Position numbers and translations under genes: made by a program
The notes under the pieces: generated by a model
What the model was told of the DNA's origin: nothing
The model's input: only the letters and a program-made list of their open reading frames with translations
Databases searched by the model: none
DNA from: the human T2T-CHM13v2.0 reference genome, Homo sapiens
Length of the DNA: 64,000 bases
Reading direction: 5' to 3' (one strand)
NCBI RefSeq assembly: GCF_009914755.1
Contig: NC_060935.1
Part shown: in pieces, positions 18,071-33,018 of the stretch
How the letters are laid out: each line of letters starts with the position of its first letter
How positions within the stretch are numbered: position 1 is the stretch's first letter

Positions 18071-21000
18071 ATCAAATTAAATAGAGAACAACAATAAAAA
18101 ACACTTTTGGCAGTTAAGAGTTGTTGACTTGTTTTACAGATTTACAGATGAGGAAAATAAGGTCCTGAAGGGTTAAGAATATGACTCATTCAAGGTCACT
18201 CCTGTGAATTATTGACAGATCTGGAACCCAGCACTCCCTATGCCTGGCAGAATATTTTTTCCTCGCTTATATTTAAAGAGAACACATGGTTCACTAGTTT
18301 GGAAAATAAAGGACCTATACTTAAAGATATTCATACATCGTTCTTGTTTTGAACAAAGTTCACTTGTATATAAAACTAATGCATCTCTAGAAAGACACAC
18401 AACACAAACTAAGCCAACAATTGATTTCTGTAATTCAGAAATCAAAAGATAACAAAACTCTACCATCAATAAATACAAACATGTAGCCACTGACTACTGA
18501 CCTGACCTGCCAGGAAATACACAGTAGATATCAGAGAATACGTTAAAAAGTACTTTCAAATGGTATTAGTAAAAGAAGAAAGGTGCTTGGAGTAGTGGGG
18601 GAAAAAAAATACACCTTAGGGAAGAATCTGAGATGATCTTTCCAAAAGGAGATTCTTTAAAAACACTTTAAAGTCCTTCAGGTAACTCAATTCTAAATAA
18701 AAAGCTCAACAACCTGCTCATGTACAGGATACATACACTGTGAAGGTTTGAGAGATTATGACTAATTATATGGAAGTGAGGATGTTGAGTAACTTTTTGT
18801 ACAGTATCCAAATTACTGAAACAGAGTGATTTTATTTTCCAAGTGTTAAGCCATACCCACAGGAAACAACCAGGGCTATTCTACCCTAGCAAAGTGCCTT
18901 AGCTAGTCATGCATTCTGCAACAAGTCTCCATGGCAAATTTCCTAACACACACTTCTAAACACAAAGAACTCCTCCAAGTAATAAAGAGGGTGGTGTGAG
19001 CTCAACTAAAAGGATATTCTGCTACTCCTGGGATATTTTTATGAGAGGATCATAACCTTATTGTCACCTTGCCATCCTAAAATGGTGTAAAAAATATAAA
19101 ATCATAGAACTTCTGGAAGTAAGCAGCAGCCTTAGAGGTGATCAAGTGAATCCAGTTGCTTCACTTTTCAGATGAGGAAATTGTCACGAGAAAAAAAAAA
19201 AAAAGTGAATGACTTGCCCAAGGCCATTCAATTACTCAGTGGCATAGTAAAGCTATGATCAAGGACTCAGGTCCACCACTTTCTTCACGAAGTCACAGAA
19301 ATAGCCTTGCTAATCTTAAAACTATGTGCCAAACATAACCTAGGACATGCAAATTTGTGCTCGAGGTCTACGTTTCTCAAACACCGTAGCAATAACACAC
19401 AAACCAGAGGACTCACATACACATTCCCCTCCCCATGACTTCATCTCTTCTCCCAATCTTGGAATGTAGGTGATTGAGTTATTAGCACAAATACAGTAAT
19501 AACCTTGAATCCTTCTGATTAAACTTCGGAATTTTAATATTAGTAAGATTACTGCCTTGAACACTCCTCGGGGTGAATTGTGACAGGCCAGTGCATTGTG
19601 ACACAAGATTGAATACTGTTGTTCAAAAACATAAATAGTTGCTACAGGTGCAGCAAATGGTGTGAATACAGGAATCCCATTCACAGTACTGAGGATCACA
19701 TCTGACGCTGTCCCCAGACTCCGGTAAAGCGGCTTTCACCAGGAAATAGACACTGTTAGACTGAACAAGTTTCAACCAGCCTCAAGGAGAAGAAGCAGGT
19801 ATTCTCTCTCTGGGACCTTCTCAAATCTGGACAAAAGGCTAAGTGCTGAGAATGAATCTGAAAATCCCCTGTGGGAATGGTGTCTGAATTCCATGCCACG
19901 GTTCTGCTCCTCGGTGTGGCCTTGCATCCTTATTTATTCACTCCAGCATTTTTAAGTGCCTCCTATGTACCGGGCTCTGGGGATCCCAAGTTGAGTAAAA
20001 TAAAATCACTGCCCTGTCAGTCCCAGGATCTTTAAAGTGAAATGCACCCCCCACCCCTGTCCCCAGGGAAGGTGAAAGCACTACTCCAGGACAAGCCATT
20101 GAGCAATGAGAAGAAAATGAAGAACTCTGATTAGTAATTATAGTTTCATCTTTTTAACTTCTACTTTCATGATTGTAATTTTCTGTATAACTACAGAGGT
20201 TTTTGGTTCACATGCTCCAGCAATTAAGAATAGGTGAACAAACGCTTAGAGACCACGGAACTAGTCTCCTGATGTGTAACTGTATCTCAGTAAAGCTGCG
20301 ATGGGAGAGCAGACTGGAAGTACTTGGAAAAAGACCCTAGGTGATCGCAACATGTCCCATATATGATCGACTGGAGTGTGCAAACCTGCAGCACTGGCCT
20401 TGCTTCATACATTGCTTTTGAGAATCACTGAATGAGCTAGTTTCCCCATGAGTAAAATGCAAATATGCTGTCCTTGAAAACCCTTTTAGAGAGGGTGGTT
20501 ATATATATTTTTGAGGGTGAAATGAGTACTAAGGAGAAATAAGGAGTCACCAGAATGTACGATCACTCTACCTACAGGTCACAAATCTAAGAAAATAAAA
20601 CACATTTGCACACCACCAAAGCTCAGAAAGTGCTAAGATAATGCTAGTTTAGGCACTCTAATTGAGACTGGTACCAATTATTTTTCTGTTTCCTAAGCCA
20701 TGAACACTAACTTATTCTAAGGCCCAAAGTTGAAGATACAGCATTTCACCACCTTCAGTGAGTTCTACCAGAAGATGCTTTGGAGAGAGGAGTATGCTCT
20801 CATAAAAGTGTGATTATTTCTCTGTGGTTTTAGATACTAATGTAAAACAGCCCGTTTCCTTATAGGACAAGTCTACTCACTAAAATGTGAGGAATCTGCT
20901 AAACAAGGTCTTTACTACTGGTCAAAATAGTAAAATTGTGCTTTTCTATTCTATGCAGAGCCTTGCAAGAGGTTCAGGTAAAGGGACCTTTCTTTCTGCA

Positions 21001-22603
21001 TTTCTTTCTGCACGAATTCCCTAAACGTTTCTAGAGAACTTGGGGAAAAATTAGTCCCATTTCCTCTCCACAGGTCTTCTTTCTCTTGATTCAATCAATT
21101 CCTGCTCAAACTTTCCCACTTAATGTAACTTTATGAACAAAATGCTCTTCACTGCAAAGTTAACTTTTTTTTTTAATGACAAGTTAAACTTCACTATACT
21201 GAAAAAAAAAAAAACCTCAAATACATAACTAAAACTAACCTGAGACAGGAAAAATAACAAATGGGGAGGGGAAGGCTGAAGGTAGAAGAATGAAACAGGT
21301 TCCAAGACAACAGGCCTCGATGCTCACTAAAAGTCCATCCTGAGAGGGCAAGCGGAACACCTTTGCCACCACCCACCTGGAAATACAGCAATGCTCCTGC
21401 CTGCATAAAGATTTCTTCACAGGGTCCTTTAAAACTGTCTATTTCTAAGAGGTCCCTTCCACTACAGGTAAAAGGAAATTCCCTCTACCCTAGGGCCCCT
21501 CAGGATCCCTTCCTCTCTCACACGTTTCTTCGACTGCTCCTGATTTAAGCATTCAGCTGGCCACGCAACGCAAGAAGCAATAAGAACACAAAAACCCTAC
21601 CCTGTTCCTCCTCTATCCGTGGCCTTTGCCACCACCTCCACAACCTAGTTCAGATTCCTCTTCTTTTCTCAAGGGAACGTCTAAAGCTCTCAAGTCCGTT
21701 TTGGCAGGGCGATTTTGTAAGTCTGAAACATTTCAGTGTGTCTCTCGATCTCAGGCAGCTCAAAAGAAAAGATCTGCTGGCTGCGTGAAGGTGCATTAGA
21801 AACCTGCTGCTACCTTGCAGCCTGGGCTGAGCATATGCTCCGGAACTTGCTTCTCTTCCAACATCCTGCACCTCAGGTCAGCATTCCTTCTTTAAAAGGC
21901 CTTGTTGGGTAAGAGCATGTCCACCAACAGAACCCTGTAATTCTCCCTTGTTTTCTCGGACTCCCCTGCGTGCTGCAGAAGCCTGGGCGTTAGTGGGGTA
22001 GTCCCGAGTGGAACTGGGCCGAGGTAGGTGCCGGGACGCACTACCTGGATGGGGCCAAATTGGAAGGAGATTCGCCCTGACTGAGGTACAGGTGTTTCTT
22101 CTCCCCACATGCTGGAACCCAGGAGGCTCCAGGTGCTTCCCCACGAGACATGCCTCGGTATGCAGACTGAGGCCAAGTTCTCGGCGCCCTCAGCCCCGCC
22201 AGTAGCGGAACTCCTGCCCGCTGAGCGAGGGCCCTCATGAGAAGGGAAGGTCGCGTGGACAGGCTGCCAGGGGCAAGCGTTTTTAGATTACTTCCTCCTT
22301 CTTGGCCCCAGATGCACTTGTGAGTTGGGGGTGTGCGCGGTGGGGTGGGAGGGTGCTTGTGCCCAAAAAGTCTGGGAACGAAAGCTACTGCTGGCTCGAA
22401 CCCGGACTAGCAAAGTGCGGAAAGCCCGTGGCACAGGAGTGGGTGCCAGGCAGCCCGCACGCAGGTGACCGGCGGACCCCCTCCCCAGGCCCGGGCGGCG
22501 GCGGGGCGGGGTGGGGTGGGACTGACCCCTGGCTCCGCCCCGCGGCGCCCCCCGCTGGGCCCCGTTTCCTCCCCCCCCTCGCGTCCCCGCCGCCCGCACT
22601 CAC

Positions 22604-22788
22604 AGCGCTTGGGTGAAGGCGCTGAGCCCCTCGGGCACGGCCGTCAGCCCCTTCCCGGAGCAGTCCACCCGACGGTCGCCGTCGCAGCTGCAGGGCGCCG
22701 CGCAGAGAGGCGGCGCCGCGCCGCTGGGCCCGGCCGAGCCGAGCAGCCCCAGGGCGAGGAAGCAGAGCAGCCCTAGCGGGCCCGGCAT
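22604..22788 (-). CDS. LGR4: LGR4 coding exon 1 (signal peptide + LRR N-terminal cap of the R-spondin receptor); remaining exons lie left of the window
   Basis: Translates MPGPLGLLCFLALGLLGSAGPSGAAPPLCAAPCSCDGDRRVDCSGKGLTAVPEGLSAFTQAL, i.e. a hydrophobic signal peptide plus a CxxxCxC...VxC LRRNT, matching the LGR4 N-terminus. ATG at 22788 in gcagcaATG context; 185 nt ending at donor CT|GTGAGT (intron starts 22603). Confidence 0.97.
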
Positions 22789-23280
22789 TGCTGCGGCCGC
22801 CTCCCGCGCCGGCCTCTCCCGCGGCGCTGCTCGCTCCGCTGCCCTCCGATGTCCCCCGCCGCCCCCGGGCAGCCGGCCTGCGGGCTGGAGCGGGGGTCTC
22901 TTCCTCGGCGGTCCGCGCGGGCTCGGCCCCTTCAGCAGTCCGCCGCAGCGGCGCAGGGACGCGGCGCTCCGGAGTTTCGCCCTTCCCGCTGCTCCATGGA
23001 CGCGCAGAGGCAGCCCCGCTCCTCCGGCGGCTCAGGCCAGCCGGGCCGGCCCGGCGCAGCGGCGGGGGCCGCGCTCTGCCATCGCACCGGTCTCCCTGTC
23101 CCTGGCCTCTCAATGCAGCGGCTCTTCAAGGTTGCAGAGCGCAGCCTTCAGCCATGCCGGCCACTCGCCCCAGCCCCCGCCGTGGCTCTCGCACAAACAC
23201 CCAGACTCTGGCTCGCTGTCTCCCAGCCGCGGCTCAATCTCTTCCCGTCCTTTTCCCTTCTAGGGTTGCACGCTCTGGTT
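22789..23280 (-). other. LGR4: LGR4 GC-rich 5' UTR (TSS approximate) with three AUG uORFs
   Basis: Very GC-rich leader; promoter-type motifs begin at ~23300; upstream ATGs at 23155, 23082 and 22997. TSS position is inferred, not seen. Confidence 0.65.
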
Positions 23281-23303
23281 CCCAAGCCCCCGGCCGCTGG
23301 CTT

Positions 23304-23408
23304 ATGCAAATCACTTAGGTACATGCAAAAGTATCCCTTCTCCCGGAGCGCCATTGGCCCGGGGAGGTCTCGAGCTCATTACTATGCAGAGAGGAGAGCC
23401 GCCATTGG
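23304..23408 (-). promoter_or_regulatory. LGR4 proximal promoter: octamer plus two CCAAT boxes
   Basis: ATGCAAAT at 23304-23311, near-octamer ATGCAAAA at 23323-23330, and ATTGG (CCAAT on -) at 23353-23357 and 23404-23408, each within CGCCATTGGCC. Confidence 0.6.
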
Positions 23409-23655
23409 CCAAGAGGAGGACCAGAGGGGCGTGTTTCTCGGGCGTGAGTGACAAGGTGGTGGTGGTTGTGGTGGTGGCGGCGGTGGTGGTGGTGGTGGTG
23501 GTGGTTCAAGGCAAAATCTTGACTTGGCTGGATTTGCCTGGCAGGTTGTGGATTGAAGGTAGAAGGATAGTAGGACAAGGGGTCTAGTTTTTCCCTCCCC
23601 CACCCGTCTTTTTGTTCCCTCCGCAGAAATTGGATCTCCTAAATTGGATGACCTG
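23360..23655 (+). ncRNA. Candidate exons of a divergent/antisense lncRNA at the LGR4 promoter (LGR4-AS1-like); start approximate
   Basis: Donor GGC|GTGAGT at 23444; polypyrimidine tract + CAG acceptor at 23626; 29-nt exon 23627-23655; donor CTG|GTAAGT at 23656. I recall an annotated antisense RNA here but cannot confirm its structure. Confidence 0.4.
23455..23505 (+). repeat. Interrupted (GGT)n trinucleotide repeat, ~17 units, in the LGR4 promoter
   Basis: ggtggtggtggttgtggtggtggcggcggtggt...ggt read directly. Confidence 0.95.
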
Positions 23656-24297
23656 GTAAGTAGAACTTCCCTCCAGCGTTCAGTTAAGTTTTAAATGACT
23701 CTCCGCTGTTCCAAAGGGCGAGGACGTCTGGAGCTCTGCAAACGGAAAAAAGATTTTGAAGAGGAGGAAAAAAGTTTCCCTCGATCTGACACACATCTTT
23801 GGGTTTTAGCTATACACTAAGTTAAAAGTGTACCCTCTCCAGTGCCTCACTTCACCTGGGATCTTTACACCTATCTTGATACACATTTGGTAGCTAAGTC
23901 TTAGCAATTCATTCTCCCCAGTCCTCTCTCTGTATTTGGTGTTTTTGGTGACTGCAAATTAGACTCCTTTCTCACGCACTTTAAAATCCTGAAACACAGG
24001 AATTTTGTAAAAGGTCAGAGAAAGTGATGTTTCTGAACACTGGACAATTTCCAAAACATCTGAGTGGGAGGTGACTACGGCTGAGAAGCCAGCAGCAACG
24101 TTGGTGTTAGGTAATTATCAGCATTCCCTCCTCTTCTGGATTTTGAGTCCCTGTGGCCTAATAGACCCCATGGAATCATTACCTGTACCAACTACGGCTT
24201 TAAGGGTACTTCGTTTCTTGCTCTCTGCCATGGCGTTGAGTCGTTTTACTCTATAATGGAGACATTTTTAATGAATACATTAAAACAAGCAGGATTC

Positions 24298-25437
<1,140 letters not shown>

Positions 25438-26810
25438 TATATGCAAATCTTGATTAAAAATGCAGAATGATTTAGTAGGCCTAAGTGGGGCCCAGAAACC
25501 AGCATTTTGTTGCACAGCAAGTGAAAGTGACACAGGTGATTCATGAACCACACTTGGAGAACTTTATTCTTTGTCTTCAAATAATAAAATCTTATGGCTG
25601 AAAACTTAGGTGAAAGGAGAGATTTATATTTTGAAAAAAGGGGAGATGCAGATTTTACTAAAAAATAAATTCCTATTGTCTATTAGATGACAAATGTAAG
25701 AAAGGAAGATTCAAATTTGCAGCTTAGCCAAGAAGATAAAAGATCAGGAACAAAAGACTTGGGTAGGGAACAGAAAAGATAAGATATATTGAAGTGTTTG
25801 TATTTCTTATTTGGTACATTTTGTATGCTTTGCATTAGAGATACATTGGTCAATTAGTCTCCATCTCTTGGATAAGATGTCCCAAGAAAGTATAAAGACA
25901 AAAAACAAAAAACCAGTGATTAAGGTAATATCTCAGATAACTAGAGAAAAATGATCAGCTCTTAAATAAATCATAAGGACTGGAAAGATACTGAGATAAA
26001 CCAAATAAAAATTGACGGCAAGCAAAAAATAATAGGGTCTCTGTCTACAGATCGGTTCCTCTTAAAGTTTTCATTGGTTGTGTGTAAGTAAATTTGCGGC
26101 ATCCACAGGCTAGATAAAAAATAGAACTGGGCTGCAACCCCTCTGCATATGTGGCATGGAGCTTATGGGCCATGAAGAAAGTACCCTATCGTAGTGATAC
26201 TTGCCTTGGTGTCTTTGTGCAGAGCACACAGGACTTGTTGACTGATGGATAAGCTGGACTTCGGTTCTACCACCCCTTTACCCAAGAACTCTTGTAAACA
26301 TAGAACCTGAACAAGTATATGCAGAGGCCCTACCTGTTGGGTGAACGGTTCAAGGTGCCCTGTTACAACAACAGCTCAGATACAGTGGGGGCTCTGAGTG
26401 CTGTAATGATTGACTGGATAAAAGTCCTCAAACATGTAGAATTTCACTTTTTATGAACTATTTCGACTTAGAAAAAGAGTTAACAGCAATCAGCTTAAGA
26501 AATATTACGAATGTAGTTGAAGCTCCCTTTGTACCACTCCCCAATCATATTCCTTTTCTTCCTCTCCCTGAGAAGTAAGCAGTTTCCTAAACTTTGTAGT
26601 TAATTCCCATGCATATTTTCATGCTTTTCGTATGCATGTATCCCTAAACAATAAACAGCATTGTTTTTCATATATAAATCAACATCATTGCGTACTGTTC
26701 TGCAACCTGCTTTTTCACTCAACCTGTGAGTGTAATCGACATTCACGAACTATGAGGCTTGTAACTTCATTTTTATTACTATATAATATTCCACTTAATG
26801 AAATGCCCAG

Positions 26811-27630
<820 letters not shown>

Positions 27631-27747
27631 CTCAGTATTTATTTATCCATCCTCTTGGTTAAGATTATTTTTATTTTTTCTAATGACAATTCAACTATGA
27701 ATATTTTTGTATATATTTGCTTGTTCATACATGTAAGAGTTTCTCTA

Positions 27748-27987
<240 letters not shown>

Positions 27988-28483
27988 CTACTTAGGAGGC
28001 TGAGGTGGGAGGACAGCTTGAGCTCAGGAGGTCAAAGTTGCACCACTGCACTCTAGCTTGGGAGTGCATGATTGGACCATTGCCCTCCAGCCTGGGACAA
28101 GAGCAAGACCCTGTCTTAAAAAAAAAAAAAAAAAAAGCAGAATTATTAGGTTGCAGATTATGTGCATTTACCATTATTAGATGTTGTTGCTAAATTGCTC
28201 TCAAAAGTGACTGCAGTTAGCTGTGCTTCCCTCAGAAGGGAATAACAACCCCTGTTACTCAACATCTTACCAATACCTGATATTGTAAGGCTTAAATGTT
28301 TACGAATCTAATGCATAGGAAATGAAATCTGTGTGGTTTAAATTTGAGTTTCCCTGATTCCAACGGCATATTTTCATGTATTTATTGGACATTCTTGTGT
28401 GCTGTTCTATGCATTGCCCATTCATTTCCTTGGCCTGTTTGTTTTCCATTGGGTTGTTTATATTTGCTTTTATTGTTTTATAG

Positions 28484-28696
28484 TGGGGATCAGCAAAGGT
28501 TTTCTGTTAAGGGCCCAGTAGTAAATATTTTGGACTTTGTGGGCCATATGGTCTCTGTCACAACTATTCAACTCTGCCATGCAGCACAAAAGCAACCATA
28601 ATACAAAATAGATGTCATTGTATTCCAATAAGATTTTTTTGACAAAAACAGGTGTTGGACTAGTTCTGGCCCATAGGCCATAGTTTGCTAACCCTG
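28484..28696. mobile_element. MER58A (hAT-Charlie MITE)
   Basis: Consensus-like core (gtaaatattttggactttgtgggccatatggtctctgtcacaactattcaactctgcc) with perfect 8-bp TSD TTTTATAG (28476-28483 / 28697-28704). Confidence 0.88.
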
Positions 28697-28940
28697 TTTT
28701 ATAGGATGTTAATCCTTTATTAAAATATACTCATTATTTCTGTTTGTTTTTGTTTGCTTGCTTGTTTTTAAAGGACAGGATCTTCCTGTGTCACCCAGTT
28801 GCATGCAATGATCTTAGCTCATTGCAGCCTCAAACGCCTGGGCTCAAGGGATCCATCCTCCTCAGCCTCCAGAGTAGCTATGACTGTAGGTTCACACCAC
28901 CATGCCAGCTAATTATTATTATTTTTTTGTTGAGACCTAG

Positions 28941-29111
<171 letters not shown>

Positions 29112-29135
29112 TAACCATCTTTTCTTGCAAGTTAA

Positions 29136-29327
<192 letters not shown>

Positions 29328-29812
29328 TAGTAGAGATGGGGTTTCTCCGTGTTCGTCAGGCTGGTCTTGAACTCCCAACCTCAGGTGATCCGCCCACCTC
29401 GGCCTCCCAAAGTGCTGGGATTACAGGCATGAGCCACCGCGCCCGGCCAAGATCAAGCACTTTCAAAATTCCAGTCTCCATGATGACCTCATGCTGAAGA
29501 TTATGTTGCAGAATGAGCCAAGCAGAGTGCAAGCTTAAAAATGCCCTGCTTTCTGGAATGAAGGACACAGAGGGAGTCCTGGGCACTTAGAGTTTACCTC
29601 ACCCTTTGTGTAAAAGGCACCCTAAATATTTTTGACCCAAATAATAACATAACCTGTGAGAAATAGTTATCGAGCTTAAATAAAAGCATAGGTGCCAAAA
29701 AGCTACCTGAAGTGAGAAGCTGGCTATACATTAAAAATATACATGTATCAGCCGGGCGCCGTGGCTCATGCCTGTAATCCCAGCACTTTGGGAGGCCGAG
29801 ATGGGTGGATCA

Positions 29813-30178
<366 letters not shown>

Positions 30179-30256
30179 TCATGTCTGTAATCCCAACCTT
30201 GGGAGGCCCAGGCTGGCTGATCACTTGAGGTCAGAAATTCGAGTCCAGCCTGGCTA

Positions 30257-30478
<222 letters not shown>

Positions 30479-31228
30479 TTATATACATATACATATAAAT
30501 ACACAAAGATTTGTATACATAAATGCGTAAATATACATACATAAATATTTCAAGACATGATAGGGTTAGGGAATAAAGAAAAGAATATCAAGTCTAATCC
30601 CTACTGATCAGATATCTTACATGCACCTACTCTAGTGAATGAATCTTCAAGGTAGTGCATAGTTTCTAGGCTTTGATGCCTCCATATTTGCATGGGAAGC
30701 TTTGGGATGGAAGAGCTTTCACATTAAGCCCCAGAGGCTTGCAGTCATTCTATCATGGTCTCAAATAAGATACTTTTACACACCTTATCAACATCTCTAG
30801 TGTGGTCCTATTGGACACAGGAAACAGCATCTAATTTTTTAGGGCTAATTGAAAACAATGATTTATTTTGAACAAAAAATAACAATGTAAAATTGTCGAC
30901 AAATTTTAAACATCCTTTTAAGCTACACAAGTGACCAAATTTGGGCTCTGGGCCCTCTTTACTGTACCTAGAGCTCGAGCAAGGGTGAAGGATGGCTGGG
31001 AGCAGCACATGCCACTTGTGTAGAACTGATGGGACCTCTGGGATGCGAGGGCTCGTAGTGAGGCTTCTGGCACGACTGGTTGAAGGCCATTCTTGAAGAC
31101 AGCCCTTTTTCAAAACATCACCAAAAAGCATCTTACTCTTTTGAGCTGGTTGGATACTACGGGGTTAGATAGCCTTTCAATACTTCTGAAGACCCATATT
31201 GACCCAAAATTTGAAAACATTTGGATAA

Positions 31229-31447
<219 letters not shown>

Positions 31448-32606
31448 TAGTAGAGATAGGGTTTCTTCCTGTTGGTTAGTCTGGTCTCGAACTCCTGACC
31501 TCAGGTGATCTGCCCGCCTCGGCCTGCCAAAGTGCTGGGATTACAGGCGTGAGCCACCGTGCCCGGCAATGCCTAATGTTTTCTAAATCTGATTTTCTTT
31601 TCCTGATCTTTCCCTTTCAATTCTAACACAAGAGGAAAATGAGACTCAAGGGAGCAACTTCTGAATTACAGAACCACATGTGGGTTCGTTCCAAAGTCTG
31701 AGTGCATAAACTACTGGTGAGAAATAGAAGTAGGCAAAAATTAAATGATTCTTAAAGAAACTAGATGTTATAAGAAAAGAGATAGAAAAGTAAAGGTAGA
31801 AAAATCAGAATAGAAAAGCAGGAAGATTACCACCTGGTCAAGCTGATAATTTGTTAAGACCAAAATACCAACACGAAGTTCAGCCATGGAATTGGGTAGT
31901 TTTCACTTCCTCAGAATCCCAAATAAAAGTGAACATTTTAGAAAGATCTTAGCATGACACAATTATTTCAAGAAACTACATGCAAAATCTGCGCATGCCC
32001 TGATGATGTGTAATCAGAAAACCAGCACTTAGGGTGGAGTAGGGGGCTGTGGTGGTGGTGGTGGTGCTGAAATGTTCTGAAAAGCTCTTCTTTGTCTACA
32101 TCAAATATTTTGAAAGAAATCTGAAATGGAAAGAGGAAATTAAATGTAGACCCAAGGAGAAATATTGGGTAGGATGTGGAGGGAAGACTCCATATTCTGT
32201 AAATTGTCTTTTTCCTAACTAGACACCAAATACTGTCTCAAAAAAAAAAAAAAAAAAAAAAAAAGACACTCTTAAATACCTGTTTGCTAATTCCCAAGCT
32301 GTTAAGTTATTTTTGTCTAGTGACAGCTACCATGGCTATCTTCAAATAAGAAAAGCGGCAGCCAGAATGAAAAGGTTAACAATCCAAAAGTTTTTGAAAA
32401 TGTCTTTTAATTTTCAAAATAAAACACCCTGAAGCAGTGCTTTTAAAAACACAGGCAAACTGCCAGTCATTTGTAATTTCCAAGATTACTTTGGAAAGGG
32501 GCAAAGCAAAGAAAGCTTCAAGGCTGGGTTAGTGGTGCTGGGTGTCAGGATGATGCTGAAGATGGTATTTTCTAGGACTGGTTGGCAAAATCTGGTAATA
32601 TCTGCT

Positions 32607-32610
<4 letters not shown>

Positions 32611-32638
<28 letters not shown>
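32611..32638 (+). repeat. (CT)n microsatellite
   Basis: ctctctctct... read directly. Confidence 0.95.
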
Positions 32639-32799
32639 GTTCTCCCTCTGCCTCAGGCTAATGTTAAAACATACTTCGTGATCTGTAGAACGTAAGAGAA
32701 AATTTAGAAAATGTTTGATATGAAAGAGAAAATGAAGGATGTTGCGATAATAGGGAAAAACTTTATAGTAATTCTACCAATTTGCCCCTTTTATTCTAA

Positions 32800-33018
<219 letters not shown>

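Larger units (their letters stand above)
21950..23450. promoter_or_regulatory. CpG island spanning the LGR4 promoter, exon 1 and start of intron 1
   Basis: Dense CpG and very high GC against an AT-rich, CpG-depleted background. Confidence 0.92.

Noticed and set aside
22288-23451. Long ORFs over the LGR4 CpG island (242, 216, 200, 176 aa)
   Set aside because: Ala/Arg/Gly/Pro-rich shadow frames expected where stop codons are rare; they are antisense or out of frame to LGR4, with no recognisable domain.
23315-23603. Poly-His, poly-Val and poly-Pro ORFs
   Set aside because: Translations of the (GGT)n repeat.
31975-32070. Partial NRF1 site (TGCGCATGCC), ATGCAAAA and short (GGT)n as a cryptic promoter
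   Set aside because: Motifs are imperfect and there is no CpG island; not supportable from sequence alone.
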